A stretch of DNA of 55,785 bases from a virus (taxonomy: Duplodnaviria > Caudoviricetes). Shown piece by piece: positions 1-8,905 of this stretch. The stretch's first letter is position 1. Each line of letters starts with the position of its first letter. The notes below the pieces were generated by a model, which was given only the letters and a program-made list of their open reading frames with translations, was not told the origin of the DNA and made no database searches. Where the stretch lies: IMG/VR virus record IMGVR_UViG_3300031652_000003, positions 1-55,785 of that record. The stretch is one strand, 5' to 3'. Position numbers and translations under genes: made by a program.

Positions 1-127
1 AACCGAAATAGTGTTTAATTATTTTGATTTACCTATAGTATATTTGCATTCAAAGTCTCGAAAACGCGAATTGGCTCAAGCTCGACAGATAGCTATGTAT
101 TTTAGCAGAAGGCTAACTGAATCTTCA
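1..127. repeat. Terminal overlap identical to 55659-55785 (circular assembly)
   Basis: Exact 127-nt identity of both ends, and an ORF reads through the junction. Confidence 0.95.
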
Positions 128-481
128 TACGAGTTAATAGGGAAAGTAGTTGGAAATAAGGATCATGTTACTGTAATGTATGGTGAAAAAACAGTGAAAG
201 ACCTGTACGAAACGAGCAGAGAAATAAAAAATCACGTAGACACAATAGAAGAGCTTATATATGATAGTATTGATTTAAGGTCAAAAAATCAATATAAGCT
301 CAGGCCAGAAATTCAAGTAATAAAAAAATATGTGATGATATCTGATGAGATATATAGGTTGCAGGTACAGCTTCCACATAAATATAGACAAATGCAATTA
401 AGTATAACCGAATCATTGGATAGGTTACGGATAGAATTAAAGTTAGTAAAGTGGGTTTTAGGATTAATAGAACTTGAATGA
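11..481 (+). CDS. DnaA C-terminal (domain IV) HTH protein; true start is probably ATG 55615 across the circular junction
   Basis: SKSRKRELAQARQIAMYFSRRLT..S...IG...G.KDHVTVMYG matches the DnaA domain IV signature. 55615 reads MKEIDEKKRNEIRDITEIV in frame. Confidence 0.85.
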   Translation: MFNYFDLPIVYLHSKSRKRELAQARQIAMYFSRRLTESSYELIGKVVGNKDHVTVMYGEKTVKDLYETSREIKNHVDTIEELIYDSIDLRSKNQYKLRPEIQVIKKYVMISDEIYRLQVQLPHKYRQMQLSITESLDRLRIELKLVKWVLGLIELE

Positions 482-486
482 TTAAT

Positions 487-587
487 ATGCTTTTAAGACG
501 ATTCTTCGGAAGTGGCGAAGTGGACACGGTAAACAGTTGCGTACGAACTGACCACATTATAGACTTAATACCTCGTCTTAAAAGCAT
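487..587. ncRNA. Candidate structured RNA or ORF-less cassette closed by a perfect 15-bp inverted repeat
   Basis: atgcttttaagacga (487-501) pairs with tcgtcttaaaagcat (573-587); internal ttc-TTCG-gaa and cagtt/aactg hairpins. Confidence 0.45.
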
Positions 588-588
588 T

Positions 589-942
589 TAACGATGGCGG
601 TATGGGTAGTTTGCCCAACGCACTGCGCCAGACCTGATTTGAAATACTAAACATTAAAATATTTAGCGATGGATTTTAGAAAATTACACGTAATAATTGG
701 AGAGTTAGAACTTGATAATATAAAACTGGCTTCCAAGGGAGATAAGAAGGCATTAAATATACTTGCATTGACACAAGCATTTAGAATAATTGAGCATAAG
801 TACAGAAAAGGAACTGAATGTATAAATTGTGGTTCAAAAAATACTCAAATTGAAATTATATGTAATGACTGTGCAAATATAGAACCGCGCGAGGGAATTG
901 ACCTCGATTTGAAAAACGGTAAATTACCTAAATTTGATGTTA
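589..942. mobile_element. attC-like element (TAAC...GTTA) with the 5' part of ORF 669 in its loop
   Basis: Left arm taacgatggcggtatgggtagtttgcc pairs imperfectly with right arm ggtaaattacctaaatttgatgtta. Confidence 0.6.
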
Positions 943-1100
943 GCTCACTTATTGATTTTAAAGAAATGCGTAAAAACTTCTTTAAAGAACACACATCTAC
1001 AGACTCATTCTTACATATACCTAAGGTAATTACACATCCACATAATCTATTTGAGTGGTTCAAAGCTGAAATAATTGAATATCTTAGGGCTGATTGCTAA
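669..1100 (+). CDS. Hypothetical protein with a CxxC..CxxC Zn ribbon, fused across a cassette junction at 939
   Basis: ORF track; CINC/CNDC. Confidence 0.7.
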   Translation: MDFRKLHVIIGELELDNIKLASKGDKKALNILALTQAFRIIEHKYRKGTECINCGSKNTQIEIICNDCANIEPREGIDLDLKNGKLPKFDVSSLIDFKEMRKNFFKEHTSTDSFLHIPKVITHPHNLFEWFKAEIIEYLRADC

Positions 1101-1157
1101 GGTTGAAACGTATACGGTCGTAGCTACCAATAATTGAAAATACAAAACTTTAAATAC

Positions 1158-1367
1158 ATGAAAGAAATAACAATAATATGCGATGTTTGCCAAAAAGTAC
1201 TGGATGATGAGTACATAAGATTAGGCAGTGAAAGCGAACAGGATTTACACTTTGAAAATAAGCTACCAAATAGGAAAGTTGGCGAAACTATAAATATAGC
1301 CAGATCTAGAGATTTACATTTCTGTTGTAAAGATCATTTTGTTAAGTACTTTTTTGAACAGGATTAG
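1158..1367 (+). CDS. Small hypothetical protein (CDVC...HFCC, possible Zn finger)
   Basis: ORF track; ATG at 1158 after an A-rich leader. Confidence 0.65.
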   Translation: MKEITIICDVCQKVLDDEYIRLGSESEQDLHFENKLPNRKVGETINIARSRDLHFCCKDHFVKYFFEQD

Positions 1368-1445
1368 TGGGTTTTATCATCTACAACAAGCGAATAAATA
1401 AAAACAAAAAAGGTACATAGTAATAATTTTAAAATATTTTTAGAG

Positions 1446-1778
1446 ATGGAAAATTTAAAACACAATTTAAGAAAACAGATTTGCATGGAAGTAGATGCAA
1501 AAAACATTGATGGTAAAACGGCAGCAAGACTGCTTGAATCTATTAATAATTTGTATGATGACAAATTAAAGAAATTAGAACATCATAGGGATACAACGAT
1601 AGGTTTATGGGCATTTGATTGTGCCCCTAAACAATTAATTGAAAAATTTGTAAATAGCCAAAACGATGCTTGTAGTTTATTTACGGAAGACGTTGATAAA
1701 CTAATAAAAGAGTGGGAGAGTTTTTGTAATAATAAAAATATAATCGAATCACCATTTTTTCAAATAAAAGAATATTAA
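1446..1778 (+). CDS. Hypothetical protein
   Basis: ORF track. Confidence 0.65.
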   Translation: MENLKHNLRKQICMEVDAKNIDGKTAARLLESINNLYDDKLKKLEHHRDTTIGLWAFDCAPKQLIEKFVNSQNDACSLFTEDVDKLIKEWESFCNNKNIIESPFFQIKEY

Positions 1779-1788
1779 CTAAAAAGAC

Positions 1789-2124
1789 ATGAAAAAAATA
1801 GAAAAACTCCCTAAATGGGAATACGAAAAAGCAAAGCAGATTGTTTCAGAATACGAAGCTCAATTCTCTTTATCTTTTGTTAAAGGGCATTTTTCTATTA
1901 ATGATTTAGAAATCTATTCAGAATCAATTAGCGTTCCTAAATTAACTGAAAAGATATTTGATGAGCGATGTTGTTGTGTATTAGAACAAGAATTGAATAA
2001 GCGAGTAAACGGCGTTGAATGGGCTAATACTGATGATATGGGGCATTTGGTTATAAGCTTTTACAGAAGAACAGTAACAGATGAAGATATCAAAGCTGTT
2101 ATTGACTCTTTAAATGCCCTTTAA
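1789..2124 (+). CDS. Hypothetical protein whose C-terminal part is a cassette (1879-2125)
   Basis: ORF track; the stop codon is the TAA of TAAC. Confidence 0.7.
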   Translation: MKKIEKLPKWEYEKAKQIVSEYEAQFSLSFVKGHFSINDLEIYSESISVPKLTEKIFDERCCCVLEQELNKRVNGVEWANTDDMGHLVISFYRRTVTDEDIKAVIDSLNAL

Positions 2125-2125
2125 C
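1879..2125 (+). mobile_element. Integron-like cassette with perfect 14-bp complementary ends
   Basis: gttaaagggcattt (1879-1892) / aaatgccctttaac (2112-2125). Confidence 0.75.
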
Positions 2126-2244
2126 GGTTAATTTATGTTGTCGTGGCTGCCATCAAAAAGCTACACAATTTAAAACAAATAAAAACTTAGATATGAGTAC
2201 AGAAAATTCAAATACCAAACAGCCACACACTACAGATAGTATTA
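2122..2244. mobile_element. attC-like hairpin with GTTA decayed to ATTA, carrying the start of ORF 2193
   Basis: taacggttaatttatgttgtcgtggctg vs cagccacacactacagatagtatta. Confidence 0.6.
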
Positions 2245-2885
2245 TGCTTTCGGTGGTTAAAGTCGATTTTTCAAAACTTATCGGTAATAAATATCCACTT
2301 GAAACTAAAATGGCAATATTGGACTGGATGCTTAAGACAGGCAAGGGGTTTGACCACCAACACGGATGGAATAGAAATGGGATTAATAAATCTTTACTTG
2401 ATTATTCAGCAAACAATCACAATACTCCTGTTTGTTTGCCAAAAAACAAAGATTATAATTTATTTTTTGATGCCTTATTTGCAAGAGCTGTTTATGCACA
2501 AGAAAATAAACCTCTAAAAAAATGGAGAGAAAAGGAATCCGTTAAGCCAAACAAGTATCGTATGTTAAAATTTAACGATGCGGTTCCAGTATGTGAGCAA
2601 AAATATTTTTCATGGCTTATTGGAGATATTTTTAAGTTTGATGGAAAGCTTCTGAAAAAGAAATTACATCATCCTGAATATTTAAACCGAACCGAACCAA
2701 AAATACTCTGGATATCAATTTCCACAATTGGAAATGGTTGGATGGTTCAATATCAATTTTCATTTAAAGAATATAATTATGAACCAGGTTGGACAAATGG
2801 TTATCATCAAAATGAAAATGAATCTATTTGGAAATTTCTAAAACGCAGCTATGATGAATTATGTACTGTCATAGCTAAAACATAA
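2193..2885 (+). CDS. Hypothetical protein in cassette 2241-2886 (attatgcttt / aaaacataac)
   Basis: ORF track; stop overlaps TAAC. Confidence 0.75.
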   Translation: MSTENSNTKQPHTTDSIMLSVVKVDFSKLIGNKYPLETKMAILDWMLKTGKGFDHQHGWNRNGINKSLLDYSANNHNTPVCLPKNKDYNLFFDALFARAVYAQENKPLKKWREKESVKPNKYRMLKFNDAVPVCEQKYFSWLIGDIFKFDGKLLKKKLHHPEYLNRTEPKILWISISTIGNGWMVQYQFSFKEYNYEPGWTNGYHQNENESIWKFLKRSYDELCTVIAKT

Positions 2886-3114
2886 CGGTTTATGTATGGA
2901 AAGCATACAACAAGCGAATAAATACCATATAAAAAAATATTAACTAAAAATAATGATATGAAAAGAATGAAACTTTATAATCGGAAACAAACAATTAGAG
3001 CTATGAAAGTAGCTTTTATTACACTCATAGTTATTATAGCTGCCGTTCTTATTTTAATAAATTGCTCTTCTTTTTAACTTATGATAATATTTGTTAAACT
3101 ATAATCAAAAAAAC

Positions 3115-3330
3115 ATGAATAATTTAGAAAATACAACCGGACAACCTCCTAAATGGGAGCACAAAATTGTAATAGATAAATACTTAGGTTATGGTATTAT
3201 GGATGAAATAAACCAACTTGGACAACAGGGATGGGAAATGGTTTCATCTACTAGTGTTGTAGTTGAAGGTACAACTACTCAAATAAATTATTTGTTCAAG
3301 AGGCTTAAAAGACAATCATTAAACAATTAA
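3115..3330 (+). CDS. DUF4177-like small protein
   Basis: KWEHKIV...INQLGQQGWEMVS...YLFKR motif. Confidence 0.7.
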   Translation: MNNLENTTGQPPKWEHKIVIDKYLGYGIMDEINQLGQQGWEMVSSTSVVVEGTTTQINYLFKRLKRQSLNN

Positions 3331-3473
3331 GATGTACCTAGGATTATGAAAAAGCAGCAATTTACCAATATTTTAATAACATGTTTTCAAACATTACATA
3401 AATGTGGCCCATAAAAAATGCATTTTATATGAAAGTTTTATGATTTTATAGTTGATTATTCAAATATTAATGT

Positions 3474-3481
3474 TATATTTG
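3474..3481 (+). promoter_or_regulatory. Bacteroidota -7 promoter box
   Basis: TATATTTG matches TAnnTTTG in an AT-rich intergenic region. Confidence 0.6.
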
Positions 3482-3633
3482 TTAAAGAAAACAATGAGAT
3501 ATTAATTTAAAACTTGAGCATTTAAAATGGAATCCAGAGGCTGATTTTTTAAAGCCAATGATTGAAAGAAGAAAAACAGAATTAACTCAGTTGCAAGAAA
3601 GATTAGATTACTTATTTGAAAAAACTTGTTAAA

Positions 3634-3957
3634 ATGGGAGCAGGAGGAAAAAGAGAAGGAGCGGGGCGCAAGCCTTGTTCCGATAAAAAACAAACAGTTG
3701 CTTTATATATAGAAACTTCAATTATTAACGCACTTGGTGGCCTTGAAAGCACAAAGCAAATCCTTTATAGTTTTGCAAAAACTGAGGCGGGTTGGGAAAA
3801 GAATAAGAATACTTGTACTAAATCTTATGAATGCGTTATTGACCAACAAAGTGATCTGCTAAAGGCTTGGCTGGTATGGAGATTAAAGCATCCGTATAGT
3901 GATTTCAGCACACAGGATTATGATATAGGAGAATTTTTAAAAGCCTATAATGATTAG
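3634..3957 (+). CDS. Small DNA-binding-like protein (GGKREGAGRKP N-terminus) with an appended C-terminal module
   Basis: Motif typical of small phage or antitoxin-like DNA-binding proteins. Confidence 0.6.
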   Translation: MGAGGKREGAGRKPCSDKKQTVALYIETSIINALGGLESTKQILYSFAKTEAGWEKNKNTCTKSYECVIDQQSDLLKAWLVWRLKHPYSDFSTQDYDIGEFLKAYND

Positions 3958-3997
3958 AAAATGATATTATTACATAACAATTTAAAACTATTGAATT

Positions 3998-4315
3998 ATG
4001 AAAACAAGCAAAAAAGAGATAGATTATTCATATATCAACAATAATAATTTTACCAAAGATGCGCGCAAGCACACATCATGCAACCACGAGCTTGCTAAAG
4101 ATGAAATTTGGTTAGGTAATACAAGTGGAGTTGATATTCCTAAACACTATGCTTCATTAAAGACTGTTAGATTGGGAGAGCAAGCATATTGTATAAAAGG
4201 AAAGCCTTTAAGTAGGGATTATTACAGACCATTGATTCTGAACAAATCCGAGCAAGCTCAACACGAGGAAATATGTAAGAAAAGATTTATAGAGGCTCAA
4301 ATGAGATACAATTAG
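3998..4315 (+). CDS. Hypothetical protein
   Basis: ORF track. Confidence 0.65.
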   Translation: MKTSKKEIDYSYINNNNFTKDARKHTSCNHELAKDEIWLGNTSGVDIPKHYASLKTVRLGEQAYCIKGKPLSRDYYRPLILNKSEQAQHEEICKKRFIEAQMRYN

Positions 4316-4404
4316 TAGTATTTGAGATAACAAAAAAAATAAATTAACCTGCCTTTGCTCCTTTAGAAGTCTGGAGTTTGGGGAACAAACAAACATAAAA
4401 CATC

Positions 4405-4689
4405 ATGAAATCTCTTAATGAAAACTTAGCTAAAAAAATACCAGCGATAATTACATCGATCACTCTAGCTGTTGTAGCATATTTTTTATTATCATGTTCG
4501 AATCCTCAACAATTAACCGAGCCTAATTATAACGATAGAATTGTTGTAGGATATTCAAAGAACATGAAGTATTACAAAGTTGTCGATCAGAATGAGATTT
4601 CTAGAACGGATATCCGTATTGATAGTATTGTTAGGCCTGTAGGTTCTGTTTTTATTTCAAAAAACAGGGGTGTTTATTGTAGATATTAG
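4405..4689 (+). CDS. Putative lipoprotein
   Basis: Hydrophobic stretch followed by an LLSC lipobox. Confidence 0.55.
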   Translation: MKSLNENLAKKIPAIITSITLAVVAYFLLSCSNPQQLTEPNYNDRIVVGYSKNMKYYKVVDQNEISRTDIRIDSIVRPVGSVFISKNRGVYCRY

Positions 4690-4720
4690 TGAAATTTTAA
4701 GCGGCTTACTTTTACCGCAT

Positions 4721-5063
4721 GTTAGCAAATCGTAAAGCGAACGGATTATGAGCAAGAAATTATATTTTAAGGATGGCGATGATGAAAAATGTTTCCAATT
4801 AAGCTACTTTAAATGGCTACTTGACTATGATAACTTAGATGAAATTACTGTGTGTGAAGCGCAACCGCAAGATGTAGAAGGTTTCTTTTGGTGTAGGGAA
4901 TACGAAACTGCTATGGATAAAAACGAAGGTGGTTGCGGGTGGAGTTGCAAAGGATACTTACCTCGAAATGGTTTTAATGGTTGCTGTAAACATTACTCAC
5001 TTAAATTTTATGAACCGACATGTAAATGTTTAACGATACGCAAGTGAGCGTATGTTTGCTAAC
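4721..5063 (+). mobile_element. Integron-like cassette holding ORF 4748-5047
   Basis: gttagcaaa (4721) / tttgctaac (5055-5063), followed by the conserved site. Confidence 0.75.
4748..5047 (+). CDS. Cys-rich hypothetical protein
   Basis: ORF track. Confidence 0.7.
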   Translation: MSKKLYFKDGDDEKCFQLSYFKWLLDYDNLDEITVCEAQPQDVEGFFWCREYETAMDKNEGGCGWSCKGYLPRNGFNGCCKHYSLKFYEPTCKCLTIRK

Positions 5064-5094
5064 AAGCGAATAAATACCACGTACGAACACGTAC
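5060..5094. repeat. Conserved array-end site (copies at 1384, 2908, 5060, 5442, 6212, 8368, 12049, 15879, 46183, 48134, 48909, 49214, 51177)
   Basis: YAAC-AMGCGAATAAATACCA-Y-GTACG-N4-CGTAC; the palindrome starts 21 nt after the first base of YAAC in six copies. Confidence 0.9.
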
Positions 5095-5139
5095 AGTAAA
5101 AAATATTTTGGTTTAAAAAACTCAAAAACAAAAATAAAG

Positions 5140-5418
5140 ATGGGAGTTGATGCAAAATTATTAAACAAAAAAACTGGAGATAAAATATACATTGACAGGT
5201 ATTACAATCTACAGAATAATTATACACATTACTTTGATGAAGCTAATAAGTTGAGTGGAGATGGAATGGAACGAGATGAGCTTGTTGAATTATGTGATGA
5301 TTTGATAACATTATCCCATTTAAGTACAGAAATGTTAATAGATATACGCGATAATGTGAAAAAATTAAATAAAGAAGATAGGTTTATCATTATAGATGAA
5401 AATAATGATAAATACTGA
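5140..5418 (+). CDS. Hypothetical protein
   Basis: ORF track. Confidence 0.65.
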   Translation: MGVDAKLLNKKTGDKIYIDRYYNLQNNYTHYFDEANKLSGDGMERDELVELCDDLITLSHLSTEMLIDIRDNVKKLNKEDRFIIIDENNDKY

Positions 5419-5625
5419 TATGTGTAGCCTTTTATTGCCTACAACGCGAATAAATATTTTAGAATTTATTTTAAAACTCAAAAAACTATGAAAGCTAAAT
5501 TAGAACAAGAATGGCGAGTATATTACATAAAGCATCAGATAGCTTGTGCCAAAAAAGCTGGAATTGAAGTGATAATCAAATGTCCAACTAAAATGAATTG
5601 ATATGTTGTCCTTAAAAAAAAAATA

Positions 5626-5940
5626 ATGAAACGAATTTATATAAGTGGAAAAATAACAGGTTTAGACACTCTTGAAGCAGCAAGAAAGTTTCAAGATGCA
5701 GAACATTACCTAATCATGAATTATGATAACGTAGAGATTGTGAATCCTATGAGAAAAGTACCTCATAAAAAAGAAAAGACGTGGGAACAATGCATGATTG
5801 GAGATATAAGCTTATTGTTTGGATGCGATACTATTTATATGCTTGATAATTGGGAAAGTTCGAAAGGAGCAAGAATAGAATGTAGTATAGCAAAAGAAAT
5901 GAGTAAGAATATATTATTTCAAAGTGCGTTGGGAAATTAA
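5626..5940 (+). CDS. DUF4406 / nucleoside 2-deoxyribosyltransferase-like protein
   Basis: IYISGKITG...NP...W..CM..DI..L..CD.IYML.NW..SKGARIE. Confidence 0.8.
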   Translation: MKRIYISGKITGLDTLEAARKFQDAEHYLIMNYDNVEIVNPMRKVPHKKEKTWEQCMIGDISLLFGCDTIYMLDNWESSKGARIECSIAKEMSKNILFQSALGN

Positions 5941-5970
5941 CGCTAAATCTAAATTAATACAGTACGAATT

Positions 5971-6225
5971 ATGAAAAAGATAGATAAAATATTTGATGAC
6001 CTACATTACGAGCTGATAACTGAGAAGCAAGCAAAACAGCAAGTGTTGGATTTATTTAGTATTAGCGGTTGTTACTCAATAACATTTGGTAGGGACTTGA
6101 AATGTAAAGTAAAAGTTACAAATGGTGCACCAGAGGTTGAAGCCGCCATGAATGGTTGGGGCGACAATATAAGTTTAAGCGATATTTCAGTAGATAAACT
6201 GCAATTACCGCTAACACGCGAATAA
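5971..6225 (+). CDS. Hypothetical protein fused across cassette 6061-6215
   Basis: attagcggt / accgctaac ends. Confidence 0.65.
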   Translation: MKKIDKIFDDLHYELITEKQAKQQVLDLFSISGCYSITFGRDLKCKVKVTNGAPEVEAAMNGWGDNISLSDISVDKLQLPLTRE

Positions 6226-6298
6226 ATACCACGTGCGATTACGTACAGTGGGTAAAATAAATAATGATAATAAAATGGAAAAGAATTAAATATAAAAC

Positions 6299-6502
6299 AT
6301 GGAAAAATACAAGATTGCCGGACATAAGGTAGAGTTAATTAATGAGGATTGTTTGATATTCGGCCCTTATGCAATTGGGCTTCCTTTAGTTTTAGAGAAG
6401 ATTGATAAAGGGGATAAGAAAATAATCATGCATGATGGTGTCGAGATACCAATATCTCAACTAAAAGAAATTCAAGCTTGGATTAAAACATTAACGTTAT
6501 GA
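6299..6502 (+). CDS. Hypothetical protein
   Basis: ORF track. Confidence 0.6.
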   Translation: MEKYKIAGHKVELINEDCLIFGPYAIGLPLVLEKIDKGDKKIIMHDGVEIPISQLKEIQAWIKTLTL

Positions 6503-6726
6503 CACAAGAACAGATTGAAAAAGTAAATGGTATAGCAAATAAGCTTGCAAAAGAATTGTGGAGAAGTGAACACTTGGAATGCTTCGGGAACCTTGAAATT
6601 AAGCTACAAGAAATAGTTAAAAATTTAACTATACCTGATGTTGGCGAATCGGATTGTGTCCATTGTGGTGGTTCTGGTGAATTAGCTGGCGGTTTGGTAG
6701 GTTGTCACTATTGTGGCAACTATTAA
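6499..6726 (+). CDS. Hypothetical protein whose CxxCxG module lies in cassette 6640-6745
   Basis: gttggcgaa / tttgctaac pair with G:T wobbles. Confidence 0.65.
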   Translation: MTQEQIEKVNGIANKLAKELWRSEHLECFGNLEIKLQEIVKNLTIPDVGESDCVHCGGSGELAGGLVGCHYCGNY

Positions 6727-6792
6727 TAGCAAGCTGTTTGCTAACGTATTGTAATATGAAATAGGGCGAGATAACCAACAGAAATTGATTAA

Positions 6793-7629
6793 ATGAACGA
6801 TAAAAAAAAGGGGAGGCCAATTGGTATATTATATAATGACCATTTCCAAAATTCAAAGAAATATGGAACTCCGAAAGCGCAATTAATTATTGCTGATGTA
6901 CCATATAATTTAGGCAATAATGCCTATGCAAGTAATCCAGCTTGGTATAAAGATGGAGACAATAAAAATGGTGAAAGCGATCTTGCAGGAAAGGAGTTTT
7001 TTGATACTGACAAAAATTTTAATCCTGCTGAATTTATGCACTTTTGTAGTAAGATGCTAAGACCTGAACCAAAGGAAAAAGGACAAGCACCTGCAATGCT
7101 TTTATTTTGTGCTTTTGACCAGCAAATGTATTTTATAGAATTGGCTAAAAGATATGGATTAAAAAACCACATCAATTTAGTATTTCGAAAAAACTTTTCA
7201 GCTCAGGTTTTAAAAGCAAACATGAAAATTGTAGGTAATTGTGAATATGGATTGTGTTTATACCGGGAAAAGCTGCCAAAATTTAACAATAAAGGCAAAA
7301 TGATATTTAACTGTATTGATTGGGAGAAAGATCCAAATACAGTTAAGAAATTACACCCAACTCAAAAACCTATTGGATTATTGAAAAGATTAATTGAAAT
7401 ATTTACAGATGAAGGAGAGGTAATAATAGACCCTTGCGCAGGTAGTGGTAGTAGTTTAGTGGCGGCTATCCAATGTAATAGAAAAGCATATGGTTTTGAG
7501 ATAAAGAAAAATTTTTATACTGATGCTAATAACTGGATAAATGAAACATTGCAAGATAAATTAGATATTGAGCGATATGGATTTGCTAAAACAAGAATCG
7601 AAAAAGAAGGTGCAACTTTATTTTCATAA
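6793..7629 (+). CDS. DNA N6-adenine/N4-cytosine methyltransferase (beta class)
   Basis: DVPY catalytic motif, HPTQKP, DPCAGSGS SAM-binding motif. Confidence 0.9.
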   Translation: MNDKKKGRPIGILYNDHFQNSKKYGTPKAQLIIADVPYNLGNNAYASNPAWYKDGDNKNGESDLAGKEFFDTDKNFNPAEFMHFCSKMLRPEPKEKGQAPAMLLFCAFDQQMYFIELAKRYGLKNHINLVFRKNFSAQVLKANMKIVGNCEYGLCLYREKLPKFNNKGKMIFNCIDWEKDPNTVKKLHPTQKPIGLLKRLIEIFTDEGEVIIDPCAGSGSSLVAAIQCNRKAYGFEIKKNFYTDANNWINETLQDKLDIERYGFAKTRIEKEGATLFS

Positions 7630-8081
7630 TGCTTTTGTAAAAGCAAGTATGGAGTTATAAAACTCAATTATAGGTGACACATATCACCACAACAATTCAA
7701 ACATTATTTGCGCTATATCGTATACTCTAATAAAAACTATCATGAATTACGAAGCGCACATACAGGTTTTCACAAAAACAATTATTCCTAATGCCACTTT
7801 TGAAGCATTAGCGGAGCTAGAGCAAGAATTCAAAGCTCAGTATGATAAAGTTGAAACTATTATATACAAAGCAATAAAAACTAAAATTGAACAACATGAA
7901 AAATATAGCAATTAAATCAGCCGAACAAGGAATAGCCTTATTCAACACTAATCACGGCGAATTCATAACTTCAGTAGAAGATCTCAGTCCATCAGCTAAA
8001 CTAGCTCGCGCTATAATATTAACAATATCGCATCCTGGAGAGGTTAGTTTTGATAGTGGTAAAGGTGATTGTGAGTTGTTT

Positions 8082-8205
8082 TAACGTTTTGTGTAAGGCA
8101 TCGTTGCGATTTTATAACTTAAACACAAAGAAATGAATAAAGCAAAATCAGGAACCCAGACAGATGGCAAAGAACTAGCTAAGCAATGTGCTTTACATGT
8201 TGTTA
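8082..8205. mobile_element. attC-like hairpin containing the start of ORF 8133
   Basis: taacgttttgtgtaaggcatcgttgc vs gcaatgtgctttacatgttgtta. Confidence 0.75.
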
Positions 8206-8357
8206 GTGAGAGTAATTTGTTTGAATGCCCTGCGTGTGATCAAGTAGCATGTGAGGTTGTTGAAGAATTTATAAGCAAGGCAAACGAAAAAAGAAGCTAC
8301 GATATAGATGTTACGCACTGCGTTTGTAGAAATTGTGGTCATAGTTGGTGGGATTAA
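8133..8357 (+). CDS. Zn-ribbon protein whose ribbon lies in cassette 8202-8371
   Basis: CPAC...CRNC; gttagtgaga / tcttgctaac ends. Confidence 0.7.
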   Translation: MNKAKSGTQTDGKELAKQCALHVVSESNLFECPACDQVACEVVEEFISKANEKRSYDIDVTHCVCRNCGHSWWD

Positions 8358-8556
8358 TCATTCTTGCTAACAAGCGAATAAATACCATGTACAATTTCGT
8401 ACATTAAAAACTAAAACATGATAGTATTAATTGTAGTATTTTTAACTATTCCTTTCTTCTCAGCATTTATTTTTATTTCAAAATATGCAAGAGATTTGAA
8501 AGATGACAATGAAAGTATTTATAATCAGATTATAAAATAAATCTTTTTATGTAAAC

Positions 8557-8600
8557 ATGACAAATATCATTGAAATACCTGATTATTGGTGTTATTTTTA
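8557..8600 (+). promoter_or_regulatory. ATGAC-N4-RTCAT palindrome plus -7 box 22 nt downstream
   Basis: atgacaaatatcat, then tattttta at 8593. Confidence 0.75.
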
Positions 8601-8621
8601 TCTCAAACAAAAATCAAGGAT

Positions 8622-8894
8622 ATGAAAATTATAGAAGCAATAAACGCCGATACCGATATGTGTGAAATAGAATTATCAATAGGTGATGATCGGATGTCTA
8701 AAGAAGATAGAGAAGCTAACGTAACTGTTTACTTTGATTGGGAATGGGACGACGGCAGAAGAGTTGTAAGTGAGATTAAACCAGTAAGAATGGAGGATAT
8801 TCACTTCTATGAAAACCCAGGAAACTACTTTGCCGTTTTAAATTGGGCTAAAGAATTGGTGACTATTGACTATATTGAAAACGTAATTAATTAA
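8622..8894 (+). CDS. Acidic hypothetical protein
   Basis: ORF track. Confidence 0.6.
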   Translation: MKIIEAINADTDMCEIELSIGDDRMSKEDREANVTVYFDWEWDDGRRVVSEIKPVRMEDIHFYENPGNYFAVLNWAKELVTIDYIENVIN

Positions 8895-8905
8895 TCCTTA
8901 ATAAT

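Noticed and set aside
1324-1387. Cassette gttgta...tacaac inside ORF 1158
   Set aside because: Only 6 bp match and it would split a plausible Zn finger, so it may be chance.
7674-7687. gtgacacatatcac as a seventh regulon site
   Set aside because: The palindrome is similar, but there is no -7 box at the 22-nt spacing.
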